A stretch of 64,000 nt of DNA from an uncultured Bdellovibrionales bacterium (GCA_964346295.1 CAYFUG010000004.1:532-64531); one strand, 5' to 3'; positions 1 through 9,958 are shown, counted from the stretch's first letter. Notes: generated by a model from the letters alone, not told the origin. Numbers and translations: made by a program.

Positions 1-2
1 CG

Positions 3-1250
3 GTGGAGCGGTCGCTTTTCGGTTTGCATTTAGCGGCTGGGACCACTTATTGGAAAATTTTTTGTCCACCGCAAATTGTGATTAATTCGGGCTCCTTAAC
101 TGATCAGCAGGCTCATTTTTGGGAGCGGCTTTACCGAGAAGGGATGGGGCAGTTTTATTTTGAAAATCAACTCGATCCTAACCAGCTAGCGCCCAAATTT
201 CCAGTGGTTGAATCGGAATTACCTTCAAATATGTCCTTTAATCCCCCTAGCCCCAATGATTCAGGCGAAATTTCAGATTTATCAGGTTATTTATTGCCTT
301 GGGGTGGAGGCAAAGACTCCATCGTGGCTTCAGAGTTGCTGAAGGAAAAGCTCTTAAATCAAAAAAAAGACCCTCAGGAGGAGATTTTACTGTTTTCGGT
401 ACGAAATTCCTTGATTCAGCAAAAAAGCGCCGAGAAGGCCCAAATTGAGCGAATAGTGGCCGATCGGAAGCTGGCCGACAATCTTCAGCAGGTGCAGAGT
501 GAAGGGGGTGGCTATGCCGGGCATGTGCCTATTACAGCCATTTATGCTTTTGTAGAGGCTCTAGTAGCGATTATTTGGGGCAAAAAAACCATTGTGATGG
601 CCAACGAAAAAAGTGCCGATGAAGAGAACTTGATCTATAAGGGTCTCAAAATTAACCATCAATATTCTAAAACTAGCCAGTTTGAGCAGGATTTTCAGAC
701 TTATTTGTCTCAGTTTGTCACTCCTAGCCTTCAATACTTCAGCATTTTGCGAGGCTATTATGAAATCAAAATAGCTCAAATTTTTGCTCAGTATCCTCAG
801 TATTTTGAGAGCTTTTCTTCTTGTAACCGTAATTTTTCTCTTAAAGACTCAGAGAAGTTAGAGAACGCTTCTCGTCTAAAAGAGAATTCAAACGAGAATT
901 TCCTAAAAGAAGGGGGAAAGCTTTGGTGTGGCAAGTGCCCTAAGTGCGGCTTTGTGTTTTTGCTTTTGGCGGCTTTTTTGCCTAAAGAAGAAGTGGTAGG
1001 CAAAATTTTTGGTCAAGACTTGCTAGATAATTCGGACCTCAAAGGTTTGTTTGAAGAAATTCTGGGCCTAGAAGGTCACAAGCCCCTGGAATGCGTGGGA
1101 ACGGTAGCAGAATCTCGTCTGGCGATGCTGAAAGTGATTGAAAAAGGAGAGTTTCAGGATAGTGTGTTGGTTTCTCAATTGGCTGAAAAGATTCTACTTC
1201 TGCAAGAGGAGATTTTGGCACAAGAGGGGGAGTTGATGGGGAATCTCTAA
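3..1250 (+). CDS. PP-loop / adenine-nucleotide-alpha-hydrolase-like protein, 5' end off-window; function unassigned
   Basis: ORF is open from the window edge. The translation has WGGGKDS (a variant of the SGGKDS PP-loop) and a C-terminal CGKCPKC cysteine motif. Confidence 0.6.
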   Translation: MERSLFGLHLAAGTTYWKIFCPPQIVINSGSLTDQQAHFWERLYREGMGQFYFENQLDPNQLAPKFPVVESELPSNMSFNPPSPNDSGEISDLSGYLLPWGGGKDSIVASELLKEKLLNQKKDPQEEILLFSVRNSLIQQKSAEKAQIERIVADRKLADNLQQVQSEGGGYAGHVPITAIYAFVEALVAIIWGKKTIVMANEKSADEENLIYKGLKINHQYSKTSQFEQDFQTYLSQFVTPSLQYFSILRGYYEIKIAQIFAQYPQYFESFSSCNRNFSLKDSEKLENASRLKENSNENFLKEGGKLWCGKCPKCGFVFLLLAAFLPKEEVVGKIFGQDLLDNSDLKGLFEEILGLEGHKPLECVGTVAESRLAMLKVIEKGEFQDSVLVSQLAEKILLLQEEILAQEGELMGNL

Positions 1251-1280
1251 ATATTAAGATGCAAATTTTGTATTAAAATT

Positions 1281-1925
1281 ATGGCTAAATACCTGATAAT
1301 TAATGCCGATGACTTTGGTTATAGTAAGATTTTCAATGAAGTTATTTTAGAACTGATCAAGAAGGATTTAATTCGCTCTACAACGGTAATGGTTGACAGA
1401 ATTACAGATAATCAAAAAGGGCAGTTCGACGACTTGGTTAGTCTTTCAAGGAGCAAAAACCTAAGTATCGGCCTTCACCTGGAATTTGAAAATTTGGACT
1501 ATTCTTCGCAAATAAAATCTCAGCATCAAAAATTCAAAGATTCTCTTGGTTTTAACCCATCGCATATTGATATTCATAAAGCACACAGCTTAATAGAATC
1601 CTTTTCTGCTGTCGCAGAATTTTGTAGAAAAAATAAACTCCTCCTGAGAAATAGTGGCGTATTCCATGAAGGAATAAAAACCACCGCCTCCGAAGCATTT
1701 TTCGGTAGCATTCCTGATTTTAATGAAATTGAGGAATGGATTAGAACTCTTGAAAATGGAAAATATTACGAAATTCTATTTCATCCTGGAAGATTTGATC
1801 CTACCTGTGAATCAAGTCTTAATAAAGACAGGGAGCGAGATGTGGAGCATATCAAAAAATTGAATTCGATTCTTGATGAAAATAATATAAGGGTTATTAG
1901 CTATTTGGATTTAGCTGATGTTTAA
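1281..1925 (+). CDS. ChbG/HpnK (YdjC-like) carbohydrate deacetylase family protein
   Basis: N-terminal LIINADDFGYS signature, plus GLHL and FHPG motifs typical of the YdjC family. Confidence 0.85.
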   Translation: MAKYLIINADDFGYSKIFNEVILELIKKDLIRSTTVMVDRITDNQKGQFDDLVSLSRSKNLSIGLHLEFENLDYSSQIKSQHQKFKDSLGFNPSHIDIHKAHSLIESFSAVAEFCRKNKLLLRNSGVFHEGIKTTASEAFFGSIPDFNEIEEWIRTLENGKYYEILFHPGRFDPTCESSLNKDRERDVEHIKKLNSILDENNIRVISYLDLADV

Positions 1926-1997
1926 ATAAGATTCCGGATATTTTCTTTTAAAAATGAAAATTCCGGAATGACATAATTTTTTAGATGCCATTTTTCC

Positions 1998-2732
1998 ATG
2001 CCAGTTTTCTTTTTTCAAGCTTTGGGTGCGGCCCTGGTGGCTAGCCTGGTCTCTTTGGTGGGAGTAGTGTTTTTGGGTTTGGCGCAGAAGAGACAAAAAA
2101 GATGGCTGTTTGGACTGATTAGTTTTTCGGCTGGAGCGCTTTTGGGAGGAGCTTTTCTTCATTTGTTGCCGGAAGCTCTGGAGGAGCTGGAGAGCGCCCA
2201 GGCTGTTTTTCGTTTAGCACTGGGAGGATTTGTGCTATTCTTCCTTTTGGAGCGAGTGTTGCTCTGGCATCATTGCCACGAGGATCATTGCGAAACTCAT
2301 CGGCTTTTGGGCTATCAAAATTTGGTTGGAGACGGCCTGCACAATTTTTTGGATGGCCTAGTTTTGTTAGCGGCTTTTTCGGTAAATATCGAGGTAGGTC
2401 TGGCAGCTACTTTGGCAGTGGTGCTGCACGAGATTCCTCAGGAGATTGGTGACTTTGCCGTGCTTCTGTATAGCGGCTTTTCTCGTGTTAAGGCTATTGT
2501 TTTCAATTTGATCTCCGCTTCTTTGGCAATTTTAGGGGTAATAGTAGGATTTTTCTTGTTGGATAGGATTCCTCACTTGGTAGGTTTTTTGCTTCCAATT
2601 GCCGCAGGAGGTTTTATTTATATCGCGGCGGCCGATTTAATCCCGGAATTGCATCGGGAAAAAAGCCTCCAAAAATCACTTTCGGCTTTTGGGTTGTTCT
2701 TGGTGGCGCTGGTAGTGATGGCAGTGATTTAG
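1998..2732 (+). CDS. ZIP family divalent metal transporter
   Basis: Multi-TM protein with a HEIPQEIGDFAVLL signature and a His-rich loop (HHCHEDHCETH). Confidence 0.9.
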   Translation: MPVFFFQALGAALVASLVSLVGVVFLGLAQKRQKRWLFGLISFSAGALLGGAFLHLLPEALEELESAQAVFRLALGGFVLFFLLERVLLWHHCHEDHCETHRLLGYQNLVGDGLHNFLDGLVLLAAFSVNIEVGLAATLAVVLHEIPQEIGDFAVLLYSGFSRVKAIVFNLISASLAILGVIVGFFLLDRIPHLVGFLLPIAAGGFIYIAAADLIPELHREKSLQKSLSAFGLFLVALVVMAVI

Positions 2733-2810
2733 TTTAGGTTGATAGTTTTTGAAGACCAGGTTTTCCCAGGAAATAATTTTAAAAAATTTTAAGGCAAAAT
2801 AAAATTTAAG

Positions 2811-5273
2811 ATGAATTTTAAAAGAGAACAAATACCTAGAGCCAAAGAGGCGATTCCAACTGTTTCCTTGGAAGCGAGAAATCGGAAAATAGCAGCGGCA
2901 CAGCCAGCTTTTGATAGGGAGCTTTTTCAAAGAGAATGGGAGGATCAGGGTTGGTCAGAGAAAGAGGTTCATCGGATGGCTTTAGTTAGTTTGAGTCCCC
3001 GAGCTTTGAGGGCCGCTTATAACTTAATAAGTGAGGATAATCCAAGTGATGCTGATCAATCAGTCTTGGAAGCGGAGTTGCCTGATGGACTTTCCAGAGA
3101 GTCGCTTTTAGAGATGGCCCAAAATGTCAAGTTAGAGGGGAGTTTTGGTTCTTCGGATATTTTTGCCTTTCAAGTTCCTAAACTGGTGGAAAAAAAGGAT
3201 TTGCCTCGAGAGTTGCAAAAAAGAGCGGATAAGAATGAGCTCCTAAAGTCAATGGAGAGGTTTTCCCAGGCGGACTTAAAAGAGCATGCTTATGTGGCGG
3301 ATATCGCCCTAGAAATTTATCCTGATAACGAGCGAAGACTGCGGTACACTCAGTTTTTCCTGGATAAAATAGAGACTATTAGAGGTAAATTTCCTGCGAA
3401 AGCAAGGGATAGAGAAGCTCGAGAGGCGGCGATCACTGAATTCGTGGAAGAGCAAAAAGAAGGTCTGTTTTTACGGGCTCAAGAGCAGTGGGACCCCCTT
3501 TTTTGCAATAATATAGAATCTTTAAGTAGAAAACTCAAAGGTCTGGTAAATTCTCCCGAGGGTAATCAGGAGGCTAAGAAATTTTACCGTGATCTTTTTC
3601 AGCATTACAAGACGGAAGGCGAGGAGTTAAGAAGTCTAAGAGAGCAATTAAGTTCCTGGGTGAGGCCGGACGAAAATTTTAAAGGGTTAAAAAGGCATCA
3701 ATTGTTGGGAATTAATTTTCTTCTTAAAAAAGAGCGGGCAATTTTAGCGGATGAAATGGGGCTCGGGAAAACTTTGACGGGAATTTTTGCCGCTTTGGGA
3801 GCCCAAACTAAGCGCAATGTGGTGATAGGCCCTAACTCCTTGATTTCTAATTGGCGAGAAGAGCTAAAACGAACTAATGTTCCCGAGGAAAATATTTTAG
3901 TAGTGAGGGGTAAAGAGGAGTTGGTAGCCTTAGAAGGTGGACCAGCGGGAGCTGATTCAAGCTTTCCAGTGTTTATTCTTTTTAATAATGAGAAACTAAG
4001 CGGAGATTATGCGGAGAGAATTACTCAACAAATTAATGATAACTCTCAAGATACGACTTTGATAGTGGATGAGGCTCATAACTTCAAGTCTTCTTGGGCT
4101 AATTCTAATCGAACAGAAGCTATAGCGGGATTGAAAAGTAAGAAGCTTTTCTTGTTGTCGGGGACCCCTATAGTAAACGGGGGAGAGGATTTGTATAATT
4201 ACCTGAGCTTAATAAGCTCAGAGGAATACCCCCAAGAAGCAATTTCCAAAAAAGGCTTTAAGCAAAAAATTAACACTCCCGAAGGAGCGGAGGAGGTTTA
4301 TAAAATTCTCAAAGGTTGCATGCTGAGAAGGAGAATCGCTGATTACGATCAAAGAATTAGGGAGATCAAGGAAGCGGCAGAAAAACAGGAAATAACAGTG
4401 GATTTGAAGGGTAAAATTAGAGAAGTCTATCTGAGGGTGATAAAGTCTTTTCAAGAAAAGGCCAAGACAAGCGATGTGCTCTCTCAGAAGGATTATATTC
4501 GAGCGTTACATCTTTTGAAAAAACTAGAAACCGATCCGTTTTTGGTAAGTGATCAGGCGAAGGAAAACACCATTTTCTCCTACCTAACCAGTCAGGAGCT
4601 AGAAGAAGTTTTTGAAACCACTGATCCGGAGCAAGTGGCAACAATTTTATCCCGGGAGCTTTTACCAGAAAAAATTCAAAAAACCATTGAGATGATCAGG
4701 AATCTCCCGTCTGATCAAAATGCGGTGGTTTATGTCTGCAACCCGGAAACAACCAAAAGAATGGCAGAGTTGTTAAATGAGCAAGGAGTGGTGAGTACTT
4801 TTATTTCTGGAGAAGTCAAAGATGATACCAGAAGGCAATCCAGGAGTGAGCGAATAGCAGATTTTAATGATCCTACCTCTGTTACTAGGGTCTTAGTGAT
4901 GAATCAAGTGGGAGGAGAGGGGCTTAACTTGCAATCCGCCAGTCATCTTTTTAAGCTGGATAGCCCTTGGACAGCTGCTCAAGATGCTCAAATTGACGCT
5001 CGGATTATTCGTCTGGGTCAGAAATTGGCGGTAAAAATTTATTCTTTTATTACTAAAAATCTCTCGGAATTAACCTCTTCGGACGGGAGTGGCCAACCGA
5101 TTAGAACCATTGATTCTTATGCCAGAAGAGTGGTTTTGCCCGCCAAAGAACGGCTAGCAGAATTCTTTTTAGAGGGCTTACTAACCAAGGCTGAACTAGA
5201 AGAACTGGAAGCAATGAGGGATGCTGAGAAAAGGATTATGCTTAGATTAGCAGGTGTAACAATCGCAGATTGA
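2811..5273 (+). CDS. SNF2-family DEAD/H helicase with long N-terminal extension
   Basis: Helicase motifs LADEMGLGKT (I), DEAHNFK (II) and LSGTPIVN (III). C-terminal helicase block GGEGLNLQSASHLFKLDSPW...RIIRLGQ. Confidence 0.9.
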   Translation: MNFKREQIPRAKEAIPTVSLEARNRKIAAAQPAFDRELFQREWEDQGWSEKEVHRMALVSLSPRALRAAYNLISEDNPSDADQSVLEAELPDGLSRESLLEMAQNVKLEGSFGSSDIFAFQVPKLVEKKDLPRELQKRADKNELLKSMERFSQADLKEHAYVADIALEIYPDNERRLRYTQFFLDKIETIRGKFPAKARDREAREAAITEFVEEQKEGLFLRAQEQWDPLFCNNIESLSRKLKGLVNSPEGNQEAKKFYRDLFQHYKTEGEELRSLREQLSSWVRPDENFKGLKRHQLLGINFLLKKERAILADEMGLGKTLTGIFAALGAQTKRNVVIGPNSLISNWREELKRTNVPEENILVVRGKEELVALEGGPAGADSSFPVFILFNNEKLSGDYAERITQQINDNSQDTTLIVDEAHNFKSSWANSNRTEAIAGLKSKKLFLLSGTPIVNGGEDLYNYLSLISSEEYPQEAISKKGFKQKINTPEGAEEVYKILKGCMLRRRIADYDQRIREIKEAAEKQEITVDLKGKIREVYLRVIKSFQEKAKTSDVLSQKDYIRALHLLKKLETDPFLVSDQAKENTIFSYLTSQELEEVFETTDPEQVATILSRELLPEKIQKTIEMIRNLPSDQNAVVYVCNPETTKRMAELLNEQGVVSTFISGEVKDDTRRQSRSERIADFNDPTSVTRVLVMNQVGGEGLNLQSASHLFKLDSPWTAAQDAQIDARIIRLGQKLAVKIYSFITKNLSELTSSDGSGQPIRTIDSYARRVVLPAKERLAEFFLEGLLTKAELEELEAMRDAEKRIMLRLAGVTIAD

Positions 5274-5302
5274 TCTTGCAAGAGGTCTGCTAGAAAAGCA
5301 AA

Positions 5303-5335
5303 AATGGGCGTACCCAAGAATCGGGTGCGCCCATT
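5303..5335. terminator. Bidirectional intrinsic terminator between convergent genes
   Basis: 13-bp stem AATGGGCGTACCC / GGGTGCGCCCATT with a 7-nt loop. A-rich upstream and T-rich downstream. Confidence 0.6.
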
Positions 5336-5364
5336 ATTTAGTGGATAAATTCCGAGCCTTTAAG

Positions 5365-5775
5365 TTAGGAAAAAATTGACTCTAAAGCTTCTTCTTTGAG
5401 CCATTCTCCTTTGAGGCCAAATTCTTCTACCAGTTTTGAGGCAGCTTCTGCTTGGTCTCCGGTAAGGCCTCGGAAAAGGATCAGGGTGCCTTCGTTTGGA
5501 TCTTCTCTAACCCGAAGAAGGGGAGGGAAAGCTTCCTTAGTCCCAAAATTAGCCCCAAAAAAGGTATCGAAAAGATTCAGATTTCTTGTCGCTAATTCTT
5601 CTGGGACTTCTCCAATGAAATTCACCGGGAAATTGAAAAGGGGCATTTCCCGGGCGGTTTTTCCCAGCCCCTCTAAAACCTCCCTTGAATCTCCCTCCTC
5701 CTTGAGGCGGAAGGCCAGGTTTAGGCCATTGGAGGAGCAGGAGCTGGGAGAGTAGCAAAGAATTTTATTTTCCAT
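5365..5775 (-). CDS. Hypothetical protein (136 aa)
   Basis: Longest of three overlapping ORFs here. AAGGAG lies 9 nt upstream of the ATG on the minus strand. No motif recognised. Confidence 0.55.
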   Translation of the reverse strand: MENKILCYSPSSCSSNGLNLAFRLKEEGDSREVLEGLGKTAREMPLFNFPVNFIGEVPEELATRNLNLFDTFFGANFGTKEAFPPLLRVREDPNEGTLILFRGLTGDQAEAASKLVEEFGLKGEWLKEEALESIFS

Positions 5776-6098
5776 GACATTTTCTCCTTTTTTTGGTTTA
5801 TTTTTCTATTTTAACCTCTTTGAATTTCAAAAACAAATCAATAGATCAAAATCAAAGAGGGAAAATTAGAAGAGCGTCGAACAAGTCGACTAGTTTGTTT
5901 AGCAGGGAATTGGATTTTTGTAAATAGCGGGATTTATAGGGCGGCTTTGATAAGAAAAGAGGGCCGCATAGTTGCCTAATTATTAGCTTCCCAGAAGCTT
6001 TAAAGCACATCGGTTTAGGCCGGTGTTTTTTGTTGGAAAAAATAAGATAGAACATTTTCGCCCCAGTAATTTTTTAGCTAAGATCCTTCGACTTTTTT

Positions 6099-6138
6099 CT
6101 TCGCTAGAGCTACGACGGACAAGCCGCTTGGGATGACA
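6099..6138. repeat. Short interspersed repeat, family A (CTTCGC...GCTAC.G..G.CAAG.CGCT.GGGATGACA)
   Basis: Related copies at 34324-34363 and 42283-42322. A related variant lies inside mnmA. Confidence 0.5.
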
Positions 6139-6195
6139 GTTGAAAAATTTTTAGATTTAGAGCGAAATTTATTGAATTACAATTCCATAAATTTG

Positions 6196-6239
6196 AATTA
6201 ATTTATAGATTATGCTTCTATATATTATAATTAATTTAT
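6196..6239 (+). promoter_or_regulatory. Pair of AATTAATTTAT direct repeats, 33 bp apart, just upstream of an AAA+ ATPase gene
   Basis: AATTAATTTAT at 6196-6206 and 6229-6239. The same 33-bp period is seen upstream of the two paralogous ATPase genes. Confidence 0.4.
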
Positions 6240-6257
6240 GGAGTTAATTTTAACAAA

Positions 6258-7505
6258 ATGGCTAATGATAAGGAATTCGGTAGATTTTTTAATTTAGAAA
6301 GACTTATTTCTACTGTTCCAGGTAAAATTCTGGTAATTCAGGGGCCTCGAGGAGCGGGCAAGACCCGAACTTTGAGGAAAATTGTTCGGGAATTAAGACT
6401 TGATTGTCACTGGGATTCTGGAGATAGTTTTAGATTACAGCAGCTATTCAGAGATCCGGAAGCAGCTAAGATTTTGCAGTATATCCAAAGCCGAGAGTGG
6501 TTAGTGGTAGAGGAAGCCCAGAAAATTCCCAATCTAAGAGAGGGGCTAGAAATTATAAGGAGGCATAAACTAAAACTAAAAATTATTCTGAGTAGTTCTT
6601 GGAGGCTAGATTTGGCTACTGCGCCTAAGGGCGAAGAGGAGCGGAGGACTTTTGGTCAAAATTTTTGGCAAGTAGATCAGCAGTTAGGATCAGAAGAAGA
6701 TCCTTGGGAGGAGCAAAAGACTATCATTGACTTGCTACCTCTTTCTCAGGCGGAACTTAACCAAAAATATACTCGGTTTCAACTGCGAGAATTGCTGCCT
6801 TGGTTTCTGATTTTTGGCACTTATCCTCAGGTGATAAGGGCGGCTAATAAGCCTCAAATTGAAGAATTTCTTGGGGAGTTAGTGTTTTCTCAGCTACTTC
6901 CAGAAGTGGTGATCCAGGGTAGAGTTAAGAAGCCAGAAAAACTCCTCCAGCTAAGCAAGCAAGTGGCTTTTCGGATAGGTGAGGAGCTTTCTCTTAACGA
7001 ACTTTCGGAATTGGTGGGGGTGGATGTTAAAACGATAGACCGCTACTTGGAATTGCTAGAAAAAGCCCTCATCATTAAGAAAATTTCACCTTTTAGTCGT
7101 AATTTGAAAAGAGAGATTGATTTTAAGGCTAAATATTATTTTTACGACACCGGAGTGCGCAATGCGCTAATTTCTCAATTTAATGAATTAGAAAATCGGA
7201 ATGATGGGGCGGCGTTATGGGAGAATTTTCTTGTGATGGAGAGAATTAAAATGTTTGAAATAAATCAAAAAAACGCCAGTTTTTATTTTTGGCGGACTTA
7301 CGATGGGCAGAGGGTAAATTGGATCGAGGAGACTAAAGAAAGACTGCGGGGAGGGGAATCTAAAGGTGAATTGCGAGGCTATCAATTTCAATGGAAGCAA
7401 ACTAACCGCAAGAGATCTAAAGCCCCTCAGGATTGGCTACGGACTTACCCAGTGACGAATCTTGAGATTATTAGGCCAAGTAACTATTTGGATTTTTTGA
7501 TTTAG
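6258..7505 (+). CDS. AAA+ ATPase of the AAA_14/DUF4143 type
   Basis: Walker A QGPRGAGKT. Overall architecture is shared with the ORFs at 7623 and 47103. Confidence 0.85.
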   Translation: MANDKEFGRFFNLERLISTVPGKILVIQGPRGAGKTRTLRKIVRELRLDCHWDSGDSFRLQQLFRDPEAAKILQYIQSREWLVVEEAQKIPNLREGLEIIRRHKLKLKIILSSSWRLDLATAPKGEEERRTFGQNFWQVDQQLGSEEDPWEEQKTIIDLLPLSQAELNQKYTRFQLRELLPWFLIFGTYPQVIRAANKPQIEEFLGELVFSQLLPEVVIQGRVKKPEKLLQLSKQVAFRIGEELSLNELSELVGVDVKTIDRYLELLEKALIIKKISPFSRNLKREIDFKAKYYFYDTGVRNALISQFNELENRNDGAALWENFLVMERIKMFEINQKNASFYFWRTYDGQRVNWIEETKERLRGGESKGELRGYQFQWKQTNRKRSKAPQDWLRTYPVTNLEIIRPSNYLDFLI

Positions 7506-7524
7506 TTTCTAGCTAAAATTAGCT

Positions 7525-7554
7525 AAAAACACCCCTAAAGCAGGGTGTTTTTTG
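7525..7554 (+). terminator. Intrinsic terminator
   Basis: AAAAACACCC-loop-GGGTGTTTTTT hairpin followed by a T-run. Confidence 0.7.
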
Positions 7555-7572
7555 AGCAAAGGGTTGACTTTT

Positions 7573-7632
7573 TGTAAATAAATGGTACCATGTTTAGACA
7601 TAAGATGTAAATAAATGGTACCATGTTTAGAC
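7573..7632 (+). repeat. 27-bp direct repeat x2 (period 33 bp) spanning the start codon of the AAA+ ATPase gene
   Basis: TGTAAATAAATGGTACCATGTTTAGAC at 7573-7599 and 7606-7632. The first copy yields a 6-codon mini-ORF, MFRHKM*. Confidence 0.8.
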
Positions 7633-8957
7633 GAAAAATCGAGAAAACTCTTTTAGAATGGAAAAATAGAGCAGAAAGGAAGCCTTTGATTTTAAGGGGT
7701 GCTCGCCAAGTAGGAAAAACTACTTTATTAGAGAGTTTTGCTCAAGAAAAATTTGCTGATTATCTGAAAATAAATTTTGATAATGGAGAAGATCTGAGGA
7801 ATTTTGAAAAAGTAGATAATTTAAAGGATTTTGAAGAAGTGGTTAAAGCCGTTTATCATAAACAGTTTAACAAAGACACTCTTGTTTTTATTGATGAAAT
7901 TCAAAATCTTCCTAATATAATCAAGCTTTTAAGGTTCTTTTGGGAAGACAGAAGAGAAATTCCAGTGGTAGCGGCGGGGTCGCTTTTGGAGGTAAAAATT
8001 AAACAAGAAGGCTTTTCTCTGCCGGTGGGAAGGGTAGAATTTGCCTATCTTTACCCCTTAAGCTTTTTTGAGTTTCTTGATGCCAGGGGAGAAGACCAAT
8101 TATTAGCCTATATTAAAGAGGCGAATTGGAAAAATCCTCTTGGTCAGACATTGCATCAAAAGTTAGAAGATTTTTTTCTGGAGTATGTTTTGTTGGGGGG
8201 TATGCCGGAGGTAGTAAAGACTTTTGTGAGGGAGGGTAGAGCAGATTTAGCAAGAATTTATCAGTCTTTGCTTCAAACTTATGCAGAAGATTTACATAAA
8301 TATTCCTCTCAATCCGAAGCTAAATACTTAAGATTTGTTTTCGATAATGCTCCTTTTTATGCTGGAAGTCTGGTTCATTATCAAAATTTTGCCCAGTCGG
8401 AATATCGCACTCGGGAGATGCAAGTAGCCTTCGAAGCCCTGCGGGATGCAATGCTCTTGGAAACCATTTTCTCTACCGGCTCTAAGCGCTTACCTTTAAC
8501 AGGTAAAAACAAGCGGCCTAAAAAGCTGCTTTTTCTAGATTCCGGGTTAGCAAGTTATAAAAGAGGTTTTGAAAGGAGTGACTTGAATTGGAACAGCTTA
8601 GATGATGCTTATAAAGGGGGAGTTTTTGAACAGACCATAGGTCAAAACCTCAAGTCTCTTTTTGCTAATGAGCAGAAAAAGCTTTTTTACTGGAGCAAAG
8701 AGAAGGCTCGGGGAGCAGCCGAGGTGGACTTCTGTTTCGAAAGTAGAGGCAAAATTGTGGGGCTGGAAGTTAAGGCGGGAGTGGCTACTCGAGCTCGTTC
8801 TTTGTTTAGTTTTGCTAGCCAAGTGGAAAATAGTGTGATTGTGAGAATTTATCCCGGACCACTTCGAAAAGAGCGAGTAAAACTAGGAGGAGATGAATTT
8901 TCTCTGGTTTCGCTCCCTTTTTACCTAATTGAAAGAGTTTTGGATTTTATAGATTAG
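7623..8957 (+). CDS. AAA+ ATPase of the AAA_14/DUF4143 type
   Basis: Walker A RGARQVGKTT, Walker B LVFIDEIQ, and a long C-terminal domain as in its paralogs. Confidence 0.9.
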   Translation: MFRRKIEKTLLEWKNRAERKPLILRGARQVGKTTLLESFAQEKFADYLKINFDNGEDLRNFEKVDNLKDFEEVVKAVYHKQFNKDTLVFIDEIQNLPNIIKLLRFFWEDRREIPVVAAGSLLEVKIKQEGFSLPVGRVEFAYLYPLSFFEFLDARGEDQLLAYIKEANWKNPLGQTLHQKLEDFFLEYVLLGGMPEVVKTFVREGRADLARIYQSLLQTYAEDLHKYSSQSEAKYLRFVFDNAPFYAGSLVHYQNFAQSEYRTREMQVAFEALRDAMLLETIFSTGSKRLPLTGKNKRPKKLLFLDSGLASYKRGFERSDLNWNSLDDAYKGGVFEQTIGQNLKSLFANEQKKLFYWSKEKARGAAEVDFCFESRGKIVGLEVKAGVATRARSLFSFASQVENSVIVRIYPGPLRKERVKLGGDEFSLVSLPFYLIERVLDFID

Positions 8958-8982
8958 AATTCTTTGCTAAAGAGTATATTTC

Positions 8983-9015
8983 AAAAACACCCCAATTATA
9001 ACGGGGTGTTTTTTG
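8983..9015 (+). terminator. Intrinsic terminator
   Basis: AAAAACACCCC-loop-GGGGTGTTTTTT. Confidence 0.75.
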
Positions 9016-9045
9016 ATAACATTAGAAGTCAGTGGGTAATTATCC

Positions 9046-9074
9046 TTGACATTTTTTTATAAATATGCTATTAT
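9046..9074 (+). promoter_or_regulatory. Module 1 promoter P1 (sigma70 consensus-like)
   Basis: TTGACA (9046-9051), 17-nt spacer, TATTAT (9069-9074) preceded by TGc. Followed by GTCCAGCTGAAATGG, which resembles the conserved start of the other module transcripts. Confidence 0.6.
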
Positions 9075-9127
9075 AGACCGTCCAGCTGAAATGGGGAGCA
9101 AAAACGGGGGCGAGTAGTGACACGATA

Positions 9128-9156
9128 TTGACAAGGTTTCAAAAATATGCTACACT
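9128..9156 (+). promoter_or_regulatory. Module 1 promoter P2
   Basis: TTGACA, 17-nt spacer, TGcTACACT. Followed by GTCAAGCTAAGAAAAGG (9162-9178), almost identical to 28912-28928 and 59154-59170. Confidence 0.7.
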
Positions 9157-9958
9157 GTATCGTCAAGCTAAGAAAAGGATTCAGGCGAGCACCTTAAAAG
9201 CACTATCATAAATTATTCTTTGAGGAGAGAGTAATCTATAAAAAGAGTTTAACAATTGGACCTTGAGGGCTAAAAAGATTTTTAAATTAGCTCCCTAGAA
9301 AGGTTGTTATTCAAATTAGATTACAAAGCGGATTTATTTCTCTCTCAAAGTTTTTTCATCGTTTTCTCATCGGCAAGAACGATGGGAACCGACAAGAGGT
9401 GGGAATGAATCCGTTTTTTATTGCTTTTGTGGCAAGCCCGATGGAGGAGAGAGTTAAAATCCAAAAGTTTCCGCGGTTACGAAGTCATAACTATTGAATC
9501 GCGAGAAAGTATTGGCCGTAGTTTTTTCTACACCTTCATCGGGCTTCTCGCAAAGTCGAGGAGCGATTCTCAGCGAAGAATCACTGAACCCAATTTAGAG
9601 CGTTTTAACAGCGCTCCTACAAAGAACCTTACAATCAGGAATTTCTAGAATTTATCTAAAAATTCCTAAAACAAATGTTTAAGCTTTGCTTTTGAAAAAC
9701 CTCCCCGCCGCTATTAACGCTTTGGCGGGGTGCTAAGCAAATCTAATTCTCACTCAGCCTTCAAGGCTGGCTCGGATTGATTTGTTGGCAGAGGAGAGAG
9801 GCTCTAGCAGAAAACTAGAGTTCCCGAGAGGAGAGAGCAAGGTCGAATCATGAACATTTCTTTTGTTTTAGCCGGTCTTTTATAAAGACGGGCGGACATC
9901 TGCCGGTAAGAAGTTTCAACGCAAATTTCTTGCTGGTGATGTCTCTCAACGGAGAGAC

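Noticed and set aside
5396-5758. Plus-strand 119-aa ORF and a second minus-strand 69-aa ORF overlapping 5365-5775.
   Set aside because: Both are Arg/Ser/Pro-rich shadow frames of the longer minus-strand ORF, which has an SD.
5816-5835. A boxA-like string upstream of the minus-strand gene 5365-5775, as a possible fourth module.
   Set aside because: The string is part of a local palindrome (TTTGAATTTCAAA) that reads similarly on both strands. No consensus promoter, conserved 5' sequence or trailer is present, and the gene is only mildly GC-enriched.
9244-9250. Whether the modules contain hidden or degenerate rRNA genes, given the rrn-like promoters and boxA. AGAGTTT at 9244 recalls the 16S 5' end.
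   Set aside because: No further similarity was found to universal 16S/23S strings such as GTGCCAGCAGCCGCGGTAA or the continuation GATCCTGGCTCAG. The GC-rich blocks have SDs and GC3-biased ORFs, so they are coding.
9421-9648. 75-aa ORF in the module 1 leader.
   Set aside because: It has a TTG start, no SD and an implausible sequence, and it lies across predicted hairpins. It is treated as non-coding leader.
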